DNA of 64,000 bases from Candidatus Latescibacterota bacterium (GCA_965248755.1 OZ252149.1:480001-544000); one strand, 5' to 3'; shown: positions 41,122 through 52,538, numbered from the stretch's first letter. Notes: generated by a model from the sequence alone, not told the origin. Translations and numbers: made by a program.

Positions 41122-41526
41122 TCACCAGACAAAGCAGAGGACCTCCCCCCCCACTTTGGCCAATCTCGCCTCCCTGTCCGTCATCAGACCCTTAGAAGTA
41201 GACAGAATAGCTATTCCCAGTCCGTCTAAGACTCTGGGTATCTCTCTCCTTGTGACGTACTTTCTCAGCCCCGGCTTGCTAATCCTTTCAATTCCTCTTA
41301 TTATGCTTTCGCCCTCGGAGTTGTACCTAAGATATATCCTCAAAACGCCCTGCTTCTTGTCCTCAGCGTAAATGTAATTTTCGATAAACTTATTATCTTT
41401 TAGTGTCCTGGCTATCTCTCTTTTCAGCTTGGACGCAGGCATGTCCACCTTGTTGTATCCAGCTCTCCATGCGTTCCTTATGCGGGTCAACATATCGGCG
41501 ATAGGGTCCGTCATAGACATAGACAT
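41122..41526 (-). CDS. rpsH: 30S ribosomal protein S8
   Basis: TDPIADMLTRIRNA, SKPGLR.Y, GLGIAILSTSKG, GGEVLC.VW. Confidence 0.98.
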   Translation of the reverse strand: MSMSMTDPIADMLTRIRNAWRAGYNKVDMPASKLKREIARTLKDNKFIENYIYAEDKKQGVLRIYLRYNSEGESIIRGIERISKPGLRKYVTRREIPRVLDGLGIAILSTSKGLMTDREARLAKVGGEVLCFVW

Positions 41527-41599
41527 CGTCCTCTATTTGAGAAGTTCCGGTTTAAGCTTACCTACAGTGTTGACTATTTCTGCATCTGTCTACATAAAC

Positions 41600-41785
41600 T
41601 TACCAGCTTGCTTTGGTAACTCCAGGGATTTCCCCCTGCAGGGCGAGTTCCCTGAAGCATATGCGGCATATCTTAAACTTCCTCATATAGCCCCTTGGCC
41701 TGCCGCATCTTATGCATCTGTTTCGATGCCGCGTGCTGAACTTGGGCTTTCTTTTTGCTTTGACTATGAAAGCCTTACTTGCCAT
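41600..41785 (-). CDS. rpsN: 30S ribosomal protein S14, zinc-binding type Z
   Basis: 61 aa; [23 protein letters not shown]. Confidence 0.97.
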   Translation of the reverse strand: MASKAFIVKAKRKPKFSTRHRNRCIRCGRPRGYMRKFKICRICFRELALQGEIPGVTKASW

Positions 41786-41800
41786 AAGAAACCCTCTATT

Positions 41801-42343
41801 CTAAGCCCTAAAGGGCATTTTGAATTCTTTTAAGAGCGCGAACGCTTCCTCATCGATCCGAGCCGTGGTCACAATAGTAATGTCCATGCCGCGGATCTTA
41901 TCTATCTTATCGTAGTCTATTTCGGGAAAGATGATCTGCTCTAATATTCCTATGGAGTAGTTTCCTCTTCCGTCCAAAGAGCGAGAAGACACACCTCTAA
42001 AGTCCCTTATCCTCGGGATAGTGAAAGTCAAAAGACGGTCCAGGAACTCATACATCCTATCTCCCCTTAAAGTCACTTTACATCCTATGTTCGTGCCTTT
42101 TCTCAGCTTGAAATTGGATACTGACTTTTTGGCTTTCCGTAGAATAGGCTTCTGACCGCTGATGATCGTCATATCTGTCACTGCTTTTTCTAAGGCTTTT
42201 GAATTTCCAATTGCCTCTCCCACGCCCATATTCAAGACAATCTTCTCTATCCGGGGAACTTGCATTCTATTCTTGAAACCGAACCTTTCCATCAGAGCTG
42301 GAACTATCTGATTATCATAGAACTCTTTCAGTCTTACTGACAC
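41801..42343 (-). CDS. rplE: 50S ribosomal protein L5
   Basis: [32 protein letters not shown]. Confidence 0.98.
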   Translation of the reverse strand: MSVRLKEFYDNQIVPALMERFGFKNRMQVPRIEKIVLNMGVGEAIGNSKALEKAVTDMTIISGQKPILRKAKKSVSNFKLRKGTNIGCKVTLRGDRMYEFLDRLLTFTIPRIRDFRGVSSRSLDGRGNYSIGILEQIIFPEIDYDKIDKIRGMDITIVTTARIDEEAFALLKEFKMPFRA

Positions 42344-42360
42344 AGTCTATACCCTCTCCT

Positions 42361-42678
42361 TTAGGCTGAACTGATCATCTCACCACACTTTCTGCATGCC
42401 CTGGCCCTCTTTCCACCGCTCAAAACCGAAACTCTGGGACTTACCCTACTGTCACACTTGGGACACACCAACATCAGATTTGAAACCTGCACAGATGCCT
42501 CTCTTTCCAATATTCCTCCCTGCTGAGTCCCCCTGGCTTTGGTGTGCCGCTTTATAAAGTTTACTCCTTCAACTATAGCTCTTCCTTTTTTGGGAAAGAC
42601 CTTAAGGATAGTTCCTCTTTTACCTATATCTTCCCCTGCTATCACTTCGACCCTGTCGTCTTTTCTGATCTTAATCAC
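42361..42678 (-). CDS. rplX: 50S ribosomal protein L24
   Basis: D.VEVIAG.D.GK.G, VEGVN, SNL; CPKC/CRKC. Confidence 0.96.
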   Translation of the reverse strand: MIKIRKDDRVEVIAGEDIGKRGTILKVFPKKGRAIVEGVNFIKRHTKARGTQQGGILEREASVQVSNLMLVCPKCDSRVSPRVSVLSGGKRARACRKCGEMISSA

Positions 42679-42699
42679 CTTTGAAGACCTCCAGAATCC

Positions 42700-43068
42700 T
42701 TAGATGACCTCCGACGCCAAAGATATGATCCTCATATAGCGCTTCTCCCTGAGCTCTCTTGCAACAGGTCCAAATATTCTTGTTCCTCTCGGTTCCCCCT
42801 GACCGTCTATCAAAACAGCGGCGTTGTCGTCGAACCTTATATACGATCCGTCGTTCCTTCTTGTCTCTTTTCGGGTTCTAACCACCACAGCCCTCCCGAC
42901 TTCTCCACTTTTGACTGTCCCATCTGGTATGGCGTCCTTGACTACCACTACAACGACGTCTCCGACACGCGCATAGCGCTTTTTAGATCCACCCAATACC
43001 CTTATGCACATGGCTGTCCTTGCACCGGTGTTATCCGCAATCCTTAATCTTGTGTACTCACGTATCAT
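42700..43068 (-). CDS. rplN: 50S ribosomal protein L14
   Basis: [28 protein letters not shown]. Confidence 0.98.
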   Translation of the reverse strand: MIREYTRLRIADNTGARTAMCIRVLGGSKKRYARVGDVVVVVVKDAIPDGTVKSGEVGRAVVVRTRKETRRNDGSYIRFDDNAAVLIDGQGEPRGTRIFGPVARELREKRYMRIISLASEVI

Positions 43069-43095
43069 TCTTTAGGGCCCCGACAAAAAGACGCG

Positions 43096-43350
43096 CTATT
43101 TCGACTTTACGACAATATCTAGCAAGCGCCACCTTTTAGTCTTGCTCAAAGGTCGCGTTTCCATTACGCGTACAGTATCTCCAACTTTCGCTGAGTTTTC
43201 CTCATCGTGCACGTTCAGCTTTTTGCGACGTCTTATGACTTTCTCATAGACAGGATGCCTTATGGTCCTTTCTACCTCAACCATAATTGTCTTATCGGCT
43301 TTGTCGCCCAGTACTTTTCCTACTGCAGTTTTCCTGTGTCCTCGCTCCAA
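43096..43350 (-). CDS. rpsQ: 30S ribosomal protein S17
   Basis: [23 protein letters not shown]. Confidence 0.97.
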   Translation of the reverse strand: MERGHRKTAVGKVLGDKADKTIMVEVERTIRHPVYEKVIRRRKKLNVHDEENSAKVGDTVRVMETRPLSKTKRWRLLDIVVKSK

Positions 43351-43353
43351 ACT

Positions 43354-43602
43354 TTAGCCCTCCTCTCCCACGACAGGTTCAGATTGGGAGGATGAAGATG
43401 CAAATTTCCTTATTCCCAGCTTATGCTCGTGGATAATAGTCGTAAGCCTTGCCACATCGCGTCTGACCTGTCTAATCCTTAAGGGGTTGTCCAGCTGTTT
43501 CGTCACTAACTGAAACTTCAAATTGGTAAGCTCCTCCTGAGAGTCTTGGAGTTGTCTTTCTGCCTCATCCACGGTCATATCTCTGATTTGGGAAGCTTTC
43601 AT
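43354..43602 (-). CDS. rpmC: 50S ribosomal protein L29 with C-terminal tail
   Basis: EL.NLKFQ, QLDNP, VRRDVAR; TGATG overlap with rplP. Confidence 0.95.
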   Translation of the reverse strand: MKASQIRDMTVDEAERQLQDSQEELTNLKFQLVTKQLDNPLRIRQVRRDVARLTTIIHEHKLGIRKFASSSSQSEPVVGEEG

Positions 43603-44018
43603 CAGTCCCATTCACCTCTTTCGACGAACTTAGTCTTAATAGGAAGCTTGTGCCCGGCAAGTCTTACTGCTTCTTTGGCTAATTCTCTTTCCACTCCTTC
43701 GATCTCAAACATAATTCTTCCGGGCTTTACGACGGCCACCCAGTGTTCAGGCGATCCTTTGCCTTTTCCCATTCTTGTCTCAGCTGGCTTGACCGTCACA
43801 GGCTTATCGGGGAATATCCTTCTCCACACCTTGCCGCCCCTGCTCATATGCCTTGTTATGGCTACCCTTGCCGCCTCTATCTGGCGGTTGGTGATCCACC
43901 CCGGTTCTATGGCCTGGATCCCGTACTCTCCGAAGGAGATATTTACACCCCTTGACTCTTTACCCTTCATCCTGCCCCTTTGGTGCTTTCTCCATTTCAC
44001 TCTTTTAGGCATTAACAT
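43602..44018 (-). CDS. rplP: 50S ribosomal protein L16
   Basis: PKRVK.RK, QIEAAR, IFPDKP, RMGKGKG, KLP. Confidence 0.98.
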   Translation of the reverse strand: MLMPKRVKWRKHQRGRMKGKESRGVNISFGEYGIQAIEPGWITNRQIEAARVAITRHMSRGGKVWRRIFPDKPVTVKPAETRMGKGKGSPEHWVAVVKPGRIMFEIEGVERELAKEAVRLAGHKLPIKTKFVERGEWD

Positions 44019-44082
44019 ATTTTAGTCCTCAAAGAATCACGAAGTGCCGAAGATCACTTCCAACAGAACTGATCTTAAAGAA

Positions 44083-44748
44083 TTAAGAAGCCCCGCTGCT
44101 TTCGGGAACTGGGGAGGGTTTTAAGATCTCACCGTGACATATCCATACCTTCACACCGGTGGTTCCCGATTTTGTAAATGCCGTGGATCTGGAGAAATCT
44201 ATATCTGCCCTCAGCGTGTGGAGAGGGACCCTTCCCTCCAATTCCTGTTCCCTACGCGCTATCTCTATGTTCCCCAAACGCCCAGCGCATTCGATCCTGA
44301 TCCCTTCGGCTCCCATACGCATAGCTGATAGAATAGCCCTTTTCATAGCCCTTTTCACAGACACCCTCTGTTCGAGCTGACGGGCTATGTTGTCTGCTAC
44401 CAACTTTGCGTCTAACTCAGGCGACTTTATCTCCTGAATGACTATATATATATCTTTATCTGTGATGTGCCTAAGCTCATCCCGGAGCTTGTCCACCTCA
44501 GCCCCTTTCCTGCCTATCACGATCCCCGGCCTTGCGGTGTGAATGTTTATTGTGACTCTTTTAGGTGCCCTTTCGATCTCGATAGTCGAAATCCCCGCCC
44601 TTTGAAGTCTGCTCTGTACGTACTTTCTGAGCATTATATCTTCCTCAAGAAGATCTCCAAAGTTCCCCTCTTCTGACGGAAACCATCTGGACTTCCAGTC
44701 CTTAACTATCCCGAGTCTTAATCCTATAGGATTTGTCTTTTGTCCCAA
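44083..44748 (-). CDS. rpsC: 30S ribosomal protein S3
   Basis: [39 protein letters not shown]. Confidence 0.98.
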   Translation of the reverse strand: MGQKTNPIGLRLGIVKDWKSRWFPSEEGNFGDLLEEDIMLRKYVQSRLQRAGISTIEIERAPKRVTINIHTARPGIVIGRKGAEVDKLRDELRHITDKDIYIVIQEIKSPELDAKLVADNIARQLEQRVSVKRAMKRAILSAMRMGAEGIRIECAGRLGNIEIARREQELEGRVPLHTLRADIDFSRSTAFTKSGTTGVKVWICHGEILKPSPVPESSGAS

Positions 44749-44770
44749 TGTGCATCTCCTTATAAAGCTA

Positions 44771-44988
44771 GTAGACAGGCCATCTCATCCCCTCCCCTAT
44801 GCCCGACCCCAATAGAGTTAATTGTGGGCTCAATCGGGGGTTACTTCGGTTTTCCCTCCTGGCAATGAAATGGCCAAAGGCAAGAGCAGGTCATAACTGT
44901 AGGTCTCACCAGCCAGCAGACTGTCAGTTTTAACCAAGGTCCAGAGCCTTCATCCCAGAGTGCAGCGATGGGTCTGCGAAGCAATCTC
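44771..44988. repeat. Mosaic of repeat families C, B and A filling the rplV-rpsC spacer
   Basis: GTAGACAGGCC..TCCCCTCCCC; CCCGACCCC..TCAATCGGGGG; TTACTTCG..GGCAATGA..CGAAGCAATCTC. Confidence 0.65.
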
Positions 44989-45067
44989 ACTATAGACTGC
45001 GTTGGCCTGTATGTTATCTTCTTTTTTGGATTTCTATAATTTTGTCCAGACTATTTTGATCCGCTAC

Positions 45068-45418
45068 TTAATCATCAACCTTATCTGATATTACCACAGT
45101 AATATGACTAGATCTTTTCCTTATTCTTGTTGACATTCCTCTGGCCCTTGGGCGTATCCTTTTGAGCGTTACGCCTGCGTCCACGTATGCTTCTTTAATT
45201 ACAAGGTCTTCCAGATTCACGTCAACCTCCCTGTCGCTTTGCATGGCGTTTCCTATAGCACTCCTTATTACCTTCTCTATTAGTTTTGCTGCGCGTTTAG
45301 GTGAAAAGTGAAGGATGTTTAAAGCGTCCTCCACCCTTTCCCCGTGGACTAAGTCCATCACCCGTCTGACTTTTCTTGGTGATATGCGTATAAATCTTTC
45401 TTTGGCCTTTGCCTCCAT
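45068..45418 (-). CDS. rplV: 50S ribosomal protein L22
   Basis: RISPRKVR, SAIGNA, RPRARG, KRSSHITV. Confidence 0.97.
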   Translation of the reverse strand: MEAKAKERFIRISPRKVRRVMDLVHGERVEDALNILHFSPKRAAKLIEKVIRSAIGNAMQSDREVDVNLEDLVIKEAYVDAGVTLKRIRPRARGMSTRIRKRSSHITVVISDKVDD

Positions 45419-45521
45419 CTGATATACCCTCACCGCCTAAACTGCAGTAGAAGGAGGCGTTGCCTCTCGTCCTTGTGTGTCGTCTACTTGCAGTTGTCTT
45501 TCGCTTTTGTTGTCCACTTGT

Positions 45522-45809
45522 TTATTTGAGGGACGTGGACCTTTCGGTTATTCTCCCTGTATGTCCCCGGTAGGTCCTTGTGGGAGCAAATTCCCCCAAC
45601 TTATATCCAACCATACTCTCGGTTATATAAACAGGCATAAACTTATTACCATTGTACACTCCAAGGGTATGTCCCACAAAGTCAGGAGATATAGTGGATC
45701 TTCTGGACCACGTTTTGATAACTCTTTTTGCTCCTATCCTGTTCATTTCATCTATCTTCTTTTTCAGGCTGTCATCTATAAAGGGACCCTTCTTGACCGA
45801 TCTGGGCAT
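45522..45809 (-). CDS. rpsS: 30S ribosomal protein S19
   Basis: [26 protein letters not shown]. Confidence 0.98.
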   Translation of the reverse strand: MPRSVKKGPFIDDSLKKKIDEMNRIGAKRVIKTWSRRSTISPDFVGHTLGVYNGNKFMPVYITESMVGYKLGEFAPTRTYRGHTGRITERSTSLK

Positions 45810-45812
45810 AAT

Positions 45813-46637
45813 CTATTTCCTTCTCCTAACGATAAGATCATCTGACTTCTTGTTAGGTTTTCTTGTTTTATAACCCTTGGTAGGTTTACCCCACGGCGTC
45901 ATCGGAGGACGCCCTCCTTTGCTCTTACCTTCGCCTCCTCCTTGGGGATGATCTATGGGGTTCATGGCCGCACCCCTTACTTTGGGCCGCTTTCCGAGCC
46001 AGCGCGACCTTCCAGCCTTGCCAATGGTAATAATCTCGTGATCTACGTTGCCGACCTGTCCCACAGTTGCATAGCACGTTACATCCACCACCCTTATTTC
46101 TCCGGAAGGCAGCTTCAGGTGCGCCCATCTTCCCTCTTTAGCCATCAATTGAACCTGCGACCCTGCCCCCCTTGCTATCTGTCCTCCTTTGCCCCTTGCT
46201 AGTTCAATGTTGTGAAGTGCCATTCCCAGGGGGATGTTCTGTAGAGGTAGGGCGTTTCCCGGGCTTATTGGAGCGTCAGGGCCCGACATTATCCTATCTC
46301 CTACCTTCAAGTCTAAGGGGGCCAGGATATATCTTTTCTCTCCATCAGCATACGCTAAGAGGGCTATCCTTGCCGAGCGATTCGGATCGTATTCAATCGC
46401 CTGCACACAAGCAGGAACTCCGTCCTTATCCCTTTTGAAATCTATAATCCGATAGTGCCTTTTGTGGCCTCCTCCTCTCCTCCTCATAGTTATCTTGCCC
46501 CTGTTGTTCCTGCCTGCTGAACTCTTCAAGGGCGAACATAGCCGTCTTTCTGGATTAGTCTTTGTGATTTCCTCAAAGGAAGATACAGTTGCGAACCTCT
46601 GTGTCGGTGTTGTTGGCCTTAAAGTTCTGATTGCCAA
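45813..46637 (-). CDS. rplB: 50S ribosomal protein L2
   Basis: [34 protein letters not shown] 46637 follows GGAGG. Confidence 0.98.
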   Translation of the reverse strand: MAIRTLRPTTPTQRFATVSSFEEITKTNPERRLCSPLKSSAGRNNRGKITMRRRGGGHKRHYRIIDFKRDKDGVPACVQAIEYDPNRSARIALLAYADGEKRYILAPLDLKVGDRIMSGPDAPISPGNALPLQNIPLGMALHNIELARGKGGQIARGAGSQVQLMAKEGRWAHLKLPSGEIRVVDVTCYATVGQVGNVDHEIITIGKAGRSRWLGKRPKVRGAAMNPIDHPQGGGEGKSKGGRPPMTPWGKPTKGYKTRKPNKKSDDLIVRRRK

Positions 46638-46638
46638 T

Positions 46639-46932
46639 TTATACTCCTCCAAAAATTTCTATAGTATTTCCGCCTTGGAGCGTCACTACGGCCTTTTTCC
46701 AATTCGGTCTCCTGCCTTCGGCCTTCATCCCTAACCTCTTCAACTTCCCTCTCATAGACATAGTCCTAACTCTTGTCACTTTCACATCGAATATCTCTTC
46801 CACCGCCTGTTTGATCTGTAGCTTATTTGCTTTTTTGTCCACTTCGAACAGATATTTATTCTCTTCCGTCCTCAGAGCCGTCCCCTTCTCTGTTATCAGA
46901 GGGCGACGAATTACCCATCTCAGATCGTTCAT
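46639..46932 (-). CDS. rplW: 50S ribosomal protein L23
   Basis: [28 protein letters not shown]. Confidence 0.97.
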   Translation of the reverse strand: MNDLRWVIRRPLITEKGTALRTEENKYLFEVDKKANKLQIKQAVEEIFDVKVTRVRTMSMRGKLKRLGMKAEGRRPNWKKAVVTLQGGNTIEIFGGV

Positions 46933-47560
46933 CAGATAGGATCTCCCGTAGCTTTTCAAGTCCCTTTTGTGTAAATACTACTAAATCGGCCTGTAAGACA
47001 TCCCACGTGCAGAGGCTATCTGCCTGTTTTAGTTTCAAGCCCTGTATGTTCCTGCAGGACTTTACCAACTCAGAAGAGGCCATATCCTCTAAGAGGAGCA
47101 CCTTTTGACGCTCAGAAAGCCCCATAGCATTCAACAACCCTATCACTATCTTCGTCTTGGGCCCGGAAAGCACAATATCCTCTATGATCGAGATCTTGTC
47201 CTCCTGGACTTTCAGCGACAGGGCTGACTTGAGGGCCAGCCTCCTGACCTTCTTTGGTACTCTTTGTCTGTATGACCGTGGGCCAGGCCCGAAGATAGTC
47301 CCTCCGCCTACACGGATCGGAGACCTTGCGCTGCCTGTCCTTGCCCTTCCTGTGCCTTTCTGTCTGTAGAGCTTCTTGCCTGAAGCGGTTACTCTTGCCC
47401 TGTTCTTCGTGGAGGCTGTCCCCTGCCTTTGATTGGCAAGATAGGCTACCACAGACTGATAGATAGCTGGCTCTGAGGCCTTTATGTTAAAGATGCCATC
47501 TGAGACCTTGGCGGTTCCCGAAAGAGTCCCATCTTTAGTGTAAGTTTTTATTTCTGCCAT
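46856..47560 (-). CDS. rplD: 50S ribosomal protein L4 (reads 77 nt into rplW)
   Basis: [37 protein letters not shown]. Confidence 0.96.
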   Translation of the reverse strand: MAEIKTYTKDGTLSGTAKVSDGIFNIKASEPAIYQSVVAYLANQRQGTASTKNRARVTASGKKLYRQKGTGRARTGSARSPIRVGGGTIFGPGPRSYRQRVPKKVRRLALKSALSLKVQEDKISIIEDIVLSGPKTKIVIGLLNAMGLSERQKVLLLEDMASSELVKSCRNIQGLKLKQADSLCTWDVLQADLVVFTQKGLEKLREILSDERSEMGNSSPSDNREGDGSEDGRE

Positions 47561-47579
47561 GTAGGATCTCCATCTAACT

Positions 47580-48197
47580 CTATTTCCTTATAGAGACATA
47601 ACTGTTTCTGGCCCCCGGCACAGCGCCAGAAAGAAAGAGCAGATTCGTCCCCTCATCCACCCCAATAACCTCTACATTCTTCACAGTCACCTTTTGGTTT
47701 CCCATTCTCCCGGGCATCCTTGTGCCTTTAAAAACTCTCGCCGGGAAGGAACTTCCGCCTACAGATCCTGGCGCCCTCCATCTGTCCGATTGACCGTGAG
47801 TTTTAGGACCTCCTTTGAATCCATGTCTCTTGACAACTCCTGCAAATCCTTTACCCTTGGAAGTCCCTGTCACCTTTACCTTATCTCCAGCCTTGAAGAT
47901 GTCCACCTTCAGTTCTCCTCCGACATCGTACTTATCCCCGTCCTCAATCGGGAACTCCTGAAGGACTCTCAAAGGATCAAGACGAGCTGCACGGAAGATG
48001 CCGTTCAAAGGCTTATTTACCTTCCTTTCAGGTATCTTCTCAAAACCCAGTTGTACAGCATCATATCCATCCCTTTTTGCATTCTTGACCTGAACCACAT
48101 AGCAGGGACCCGCCCGGACAACGGTTATGGGCACGAGGTTACCCTTTAAATCGAATATCTGAGTCATCCCGATCTTTTTTCCTATGATGCCGTTCAT
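47580..48197 (-). CDS. rplC: 50S ribosomal protein L3
   Basis: GKKIGMTQ, DGY.AVQ, SKGKGFAG, MPGRMG, GAVPG. Confidence 0.98.
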   Translation of the reverse strand: MNGIIGKKIGMTQIFDLKGNLVPITVVRAGPCYVVQVKNAKRDGYDAVQLGFEKIPERKVNKPLNGIFRAARLDPLRVLQEFPIEDGDKYDVGGELKVDIFKAGDKVKVTGTSKGKGFAGVVKRHGFKGGPKTHGQSDRWRAPGSVGGSSFPARVFKGTRMPGRMGNQKVTVKNVEVIGVDEGTNLLFLSGAVPGARNSYVSIRK

Positions 48198-48212
48198 TCA
48201 TCCTCCGTAATA

Positions 48213-48527
48213 TCAGTTGATCACCTTAATACCTATGTCCACACCTGCAGGAAGGTCCAGCTTCATCAAGGCATCCACAGTCTGAGGTGTGGAGTCGTAG
48301 ATGTCGATCAATCTTTTGTGCACCTTGATCTCAAACTGCTCGCGGGACTTTTTATCTATATGAGGACTCCTTAGTACGGTGTAAAGGGTCCTCTTTGTGG
48401 GAAGCGGAATGGGTCCCGCAAGCGTAGAACCGCTCCTTTTTACCGTCCTTGCTATCTCATCAGCCGAACGATCCAGGGTCACATGATCGTAAGCCTTCAG
48501 CCTTATCCGTATCTTCTGAGTTGGCAC
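48213..48527 (-). CDS. rpsJ: 30S ribosomal protein S10
   Basis: [33 protein letters not shown]. Confidence 0.98.
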   Translation of the reverse strand: MPTQKIRIRLKAYDHVTLDRSADEIARTVKRSGSTLAGPIPLPTKRTLYTVLRSPHIDKKSREQFEIKVHKRLIDIYDSTPQTVDALMKLDLPAGVDIGIKVIN

Positions 48528-48537
48528 TCGGATCTCC

Positions 48538-49731
48538 TTACTCTAAAACCTTTGTTACCACGCCTGCGCCTATGGTTCTCCCGCCCTCGCGGATAGCAAA
48601 CCTGAGTTCCTGCTCCATAGCGATGGGCTTCTCCTCCAGATCCACAGACATCGTGACGTCGTCTCCAGGCATGATCATCTCAACACCCTCAGGGAGCTGG
48701 ACAACTCCGGTCACGTCGGTTGTTCTGAAGTAGAACTGCGGGCGGTATCCGGAAAAGAAGGGCTTTTCCCTTCCACCTTCTTTTGCGTTCAATATGTACA
48801 CCGAAGCTTCGAAACTCGTGTGAGGTGTTATGCTTCCCGGATCCGCGATCACCATACCTCTTTCTAGTTCTTCCTTATCCACGCCCCTTAAAAGGAGACC
48901 GACGTTATCTCCGGCGATGCCTTGATCCAGAATCTTTCTGAACATCTCTACACCCGTCACTACCGATTTTCTCGTCTCCCTCAGCCCTACAATTTCCACC
49001 TCATCTTGAACATTAATCGTGCCTCTTTCTACCCTTCCTGTTCCGACAGTTCCCCTACCTGTGATGCTGAAGACATCCTCAACAGGCATCAAGAATGGTA
49101 GATCCACGTCCCTTTCTGGAACCGGGATATATTCATCCACAGCAGCCAACAGCTCGTCTATGCACTGTGTATTATCATCGTCCTCTTCCGCCTCCACGGC
49201 CAAAAGCGCAGAGCCTCTTATCACGGGGATATCGTCTCCTGGAAACTCGTACTCGCTCAAAAGTTCCCTTGTCTCCAGTTCCACCAGCTCTAAAAGGTCA
49301 GGATCATCGACCATATCTACCTTATTGAGGAACACTACGATATACGGCACGTTCACCTGGCGTGCCAGAAGGATATGCTCCCTTGTCTGAATCATGGGCC
49401 CATCTGCTGCTGATACGACCACGATAGCTCCGTCCATTTGAGCGGCACCGGTGATCATGTTCTTGATATAATCCCTGTGGCCAGGACAGTCAACGTGGGC
49501 GTAGTGCCTCTTTTCTGTCTGGTACTCCACGTGGGATATTGCGATAGTGATGCCTCTTTCCTTCTCCTCCGGAGCCTTGTCAATCTCTTCGAAGGGGGTG
49601 TAATCGGCAAGACCCTTTCTGTCCAAGACCTTCGTGATAGCAGCCGTTAAGGTCGTCTTTCCGTGGTCTATGTGGCCGATTGTGCCGATATTCAGATGGG
49701 GCTTTGTCCTTTCAAACTTTTCCTTTGCCAT
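48538..49731 (-). CDS. tuf: Elongation factor Tu
   Basis: [36 protein letters not shown]. Confidence 0.99.
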   Translation of the reverse strand: MAKEKFERTKPHLNIGTIGHIDHGKTTLTAAITKVLDRKGLADYTPFEEIDKAPEEKERGITIAISHVEYQTEKRHYAHVDCPGHRDYIKNMITGAAQMDGAIVVVSAADGPMIQTREHILLARQVNVPYIVVFLNKVDMVDDPDLLELVELETRELLSEYEFPGDDIPVIRGSALLAVEAEEDDDNTQCIDELLAAVDEYIPVPERDVDLPFLMPVEDVFSITGRGTVGTGRVERGTINVQDEVEIVGLRETRKSVVTGVEMFRKILDQGIAGDNVGLLLRGVDKEELERGMVIADPGSITPHTSFEASVYILNAKEGGREKPFFSGYRPQFYFRTTDVTGVVQLPEGVEMIMPGDDVTMSVDLEEKPIAMEQELRFAIREGGRTIGAGVVTKVLE

Positions 49732-49929
49732 CCTTAACCCTCCTTAAGGAAGTAGCCAATAGTCAGCAGACTGGGACACCAAGTCTCCTCCCTGCATGCT
49801 GTCTACCTGTCTTTGCCTTCGCTTAGCCTGCTTGCTGTCCACTGTTCTGTTTCCTTGTCCTTTATTGTTTTCAAACTTCTGTTCTAGTCCCCGACAGATT
49901 CCACGATTGAATCTATCGGGGATCGCGTA

Positions 49930-52017
49930 CTATACTGCTACACCGTGAACTGTGGCTATGATTTCCTCTGCTATATCTTTGGGAACTTCCTGATACTTTG
50001 AAAATTCCATAGAATAGATAGCCCGTCCCTGTGTGAGTGATCTGAGACTGGTGGCATAGCCAAACATCTCGGATAGCGGAACAACAGCGCTTATGATCTG
50101 AGCATCTTGTCTCGGTATTATACCTAGGATGTCGGCTCTCCTTGAATTTAAGTCCCCCAGGACCCCACCCAGGTACTGTTCAGGCACTACCACTTCCACA
50201 TCCATTACGGGCTCTAACAGATACGGATCTGCCCGTTTGACAGCATCTTTAAAAGCCATGCTCGCCGCTATCTTGAACGCCACCTCTGACGAATCCACCT
50301 CATGATAGGAGCCATCGCGCAGCGTAACCCTGATATCCTCCAGCGGGTACCCCGCAAGCACACCTCCTGTCATAGCCTCTTTGACGCCCTCTCTAACAGG
50401 CGGGATATATTCCTTAGGAATAGTACCCCCTCTGATTTTATTTTCGAATATCAAACCGCTTCCCGATTCGACTGGACCCACCTCAAGCTTTACGTGCCCG
50501 TATTGGCCTCTTCCACCCGACTGGCGGACGAATCTGCCCTCGCTTTTAACAGTTTCTTTTATAGATTCCTTATATGCAACTTGAGGTTTTCCTATGGTGG
50601 CTCCCACCTTGAACTCTCTTAGGAGGCGATCTACGATAATTTCTAATTGTAGCTCGCCCATCCCTCGGATGATGGTCTGTCCTGTTTCTTCATCTAACTC
50701 TACCTTCAGGGCCGGATCTTCAGCCGTAAACTTGGCCAGGGAAACCCCCATTTGATCCTGATCCGCCTTGGTCTTCGGTTCTATTGCCACAGACACAAGA
50801 GGCTCGGCAAATTGTATGGATTCCAATATGATAGGGTGATCCTCAGAGCACATGGTCTCGCCTGTGCTTGTGTTCTTAAGACCTACAGCTGCAACTATGT
50901 CCCCCACGTGAATCTCTTCTATGGCCTTTCTCTTATTGGCGTGCATCTGAAGCACCCGTCCGATCCTCTCCTTTTTCCCTGTATTGGCATTGAGTACCCA
51001 AGATCTTGCCTTCAAGAGGCCAGAGTAGACTCTAAAAAACGTCAGAGTACCCACATGTGGATCAGTTTGAACCTTGAAAGCCAGAGCAGAGAAAGGTTCT
51101 TCTTCAGATGGACCTCTGACCTCCTGCTGACCTGTAAAGGGATTAAGCCCCTTAACAGATGGTATATCCGAAGGCGAGGGAAGGTAGTCCAGCACGGCGT
51201 CTAGGAGCCTGTGCATTCCCTTGTTCCTTTTGGCCGAGCCGCATAAGACGGGAACAACCCGAATCTCTAAAGTGGCCTTTCTCAGGGCCTCTCTTATCTC
51301 TCTGGGGTTTATTTCGTCTCCATCAAGAAACTTTTCCAGAAGGTGATCGTCGCATTCTGCTACTGTCTCCATGAGCCTTGTGCGGTAGAAGAGCGCTTCA
51401 TCCATAAGATCAGAGGGGATCTCGTTTTCCGTATAGACAGCGTCCAGGTTCTCTTCATTGTAAGTTATGGCTTTCATCGTCACAAGGTCCAAAAGCCCCG
51501 TAAACATATCCCCTGCGCCTATCGGGATCTGAACCGGAACGAACTTTGCTCCCAACCTTTGGCTCATCATATCCGTAACTCTGAAGAAATCAGCTCCTGT
51601 CCGATCCATCTTATTCACAAAAGCGATCCTCGGAACGCTGTACTTATCTGCCTGGCGCCACACTGTCTCAGACTGCGGCTCAACGCCTCCAACGGCGCAG
51701 AATATCGCTATAGCTCCGTCCAGCACCCTAAGAGAACGCTCCACCTCAGTGGTAAAATCCACATGACCCGGAGTGTCAATAATATTTATCCTGTGTTCTC
51801 TCCATAAACACGTGATCGCAGCCGAAGTGATGGTTATACCGCGTTCTCTCTCCTGATCCATCCAATCCGTCACAGTCGTCCCCTCGTCCACCTCACCTAT
51901 GCGATGCGTCCGGCCCGTATAGAACAAAATCCGTTCGGTAGTCGTAGTTTTCCCCGCATCTATATGTGCCATTATGCCTATATTACGCGTATTATATAAA
52001 AAGCAATCTTTTGACAT
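49930..52017 (-). CDS. fusA: Elongation factor G
   Basis: [42 protein letters not shown]. Confidence 0.99.
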   Translation of the reverse strand: MSKDCFLYNTRNIGIMAHIDAGKTTTTERILFYTGRTHRIGEVDEGTTVTDWMDQERERGITITSAAITCLWREHRINIIDTPGHVDFTTEVERSLRVLDGAIAIFCAVGGVEPQSETVWRQADKYSVPRIAFVNKMDRTGADFFRVTDMMSQRLGAKFVPVQIPIGAGDMFTGLLDLVTMKAITYNEENLDAVYTENEIPSDLMDEALFYRTRLMETVAECDDHLLEKFLDGDEINPREIREALRKATLEIRVVPVLCGSAKRNKGMHRLLDAVLDYLPSPSDIPSVKGLNPFTGQQEVRGPSEEEPFSALAFKVQTDPHVGTLTFFRVYSGLLKARSWVLNANTGKKERIGRVLQMHANKRKAIEEIHVGDIVAAVGLKNTSTGETMCSEDHPIILESIQFAEPLVSVAIEPKTKADQDQMGVSLAKFTAEDPALKVELDEETGQTIIRGMGELQLEIIVDRLLREFKVGATIGKPQVAYKESIKETVKSEGRFVRQSGGRGQYGHVKLEVGPVESGSGLIFENKIRGGTIPKEYIPPVREGVKEAMTGGVLAGYPLEDIRVTLRDGSYHEVDSSEVAFKIAASMAFKDAVKRADPYLLEPVMDVEVVVPEQYLGGVLGDLNSRRADILGIIPRQDAQIISAVVPLSEMFGYATSLRSLTQGRAIYSMEFSKYQEVPKDIAEEIIATVHGVAV

Positions 52018-52067
52018 AGTCTACATCTATCTCAAAGTGTTAAGTGTTCAAACTTGCTATATCGGAC

Positions 52068-52538
52068 CTACAATCTATAATGAGCAAATGCCCTGTTGGC
52101 TTCTGCCATTCTATGGATTTCTTCTCTCCTTCTCATTGACGCCCCTTCGCCTTTGGAAGCGCCCATAAGCTCAGCGGCTAACCGTTCTACCATAGTCTTT
52201 TCTGGGCGCTCCTTAGCGTACGTGATCAGCCATCTTATCGAAAGGGCTGTTTTCCTGTCGGGTGAGAGCTCCGTAGGAATCTGATATGTTTGTCCTCCCA
52301 CCCTTCGGGATCTTACTTCTATTGCAGGCTTGACGTTCTCCACGGCCTTTTGAAAGACCTCTAATCCATTTTGATCTGTTTCCCGTTCGATAATATCCAA
52401 AGCACTGTACAGAATTCTTTCTGCTCGGCTCCTCTTGCCTTTCCGCAAAATACAATTGACAAAACGCGTCACCAAGACACTGCCCCACTTGGGGTCAGGT
52501 GAGAGTTCTTTTTTTTCGGGTCTTCTCCTTCTCGACAT
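52068..52538 (-). CDS. rpsG: 30S ribosomal protein S7
   Basis: MSRRRR, EVRSRRVGG.TYQ.P, HRMAEANRAFAHYR. Confidence 0.98.
   Translation of the reverse strand: MSRRRRPEKKELSPDPKWGSVLVTRFVNCILRKGKRSRAERILYSALDIIERETDQNGLEVFQKAVENVKPAIEVRSRRVGGQTYQIPTELSPDRKTALSIRWLITYAKERPEKTMVERLAAELMGASKGEGASMRRREEIHRMAEANRAFAHYRL

Noticed and set aside
40973..41125. 51-aa N-terminal extension of L6 in the track
   Set aside because: Read-through of a repeat-filled spacer; the conserved SRIGK start with an RBS is at 40972.
49470..49500. EF-Tu PGHRDY (EF-1A-like) instead of PGHADY
   Set aside because: As I recall this variant occurs in other bacterial lineages; the rest of the protein is typical EF-Tu.
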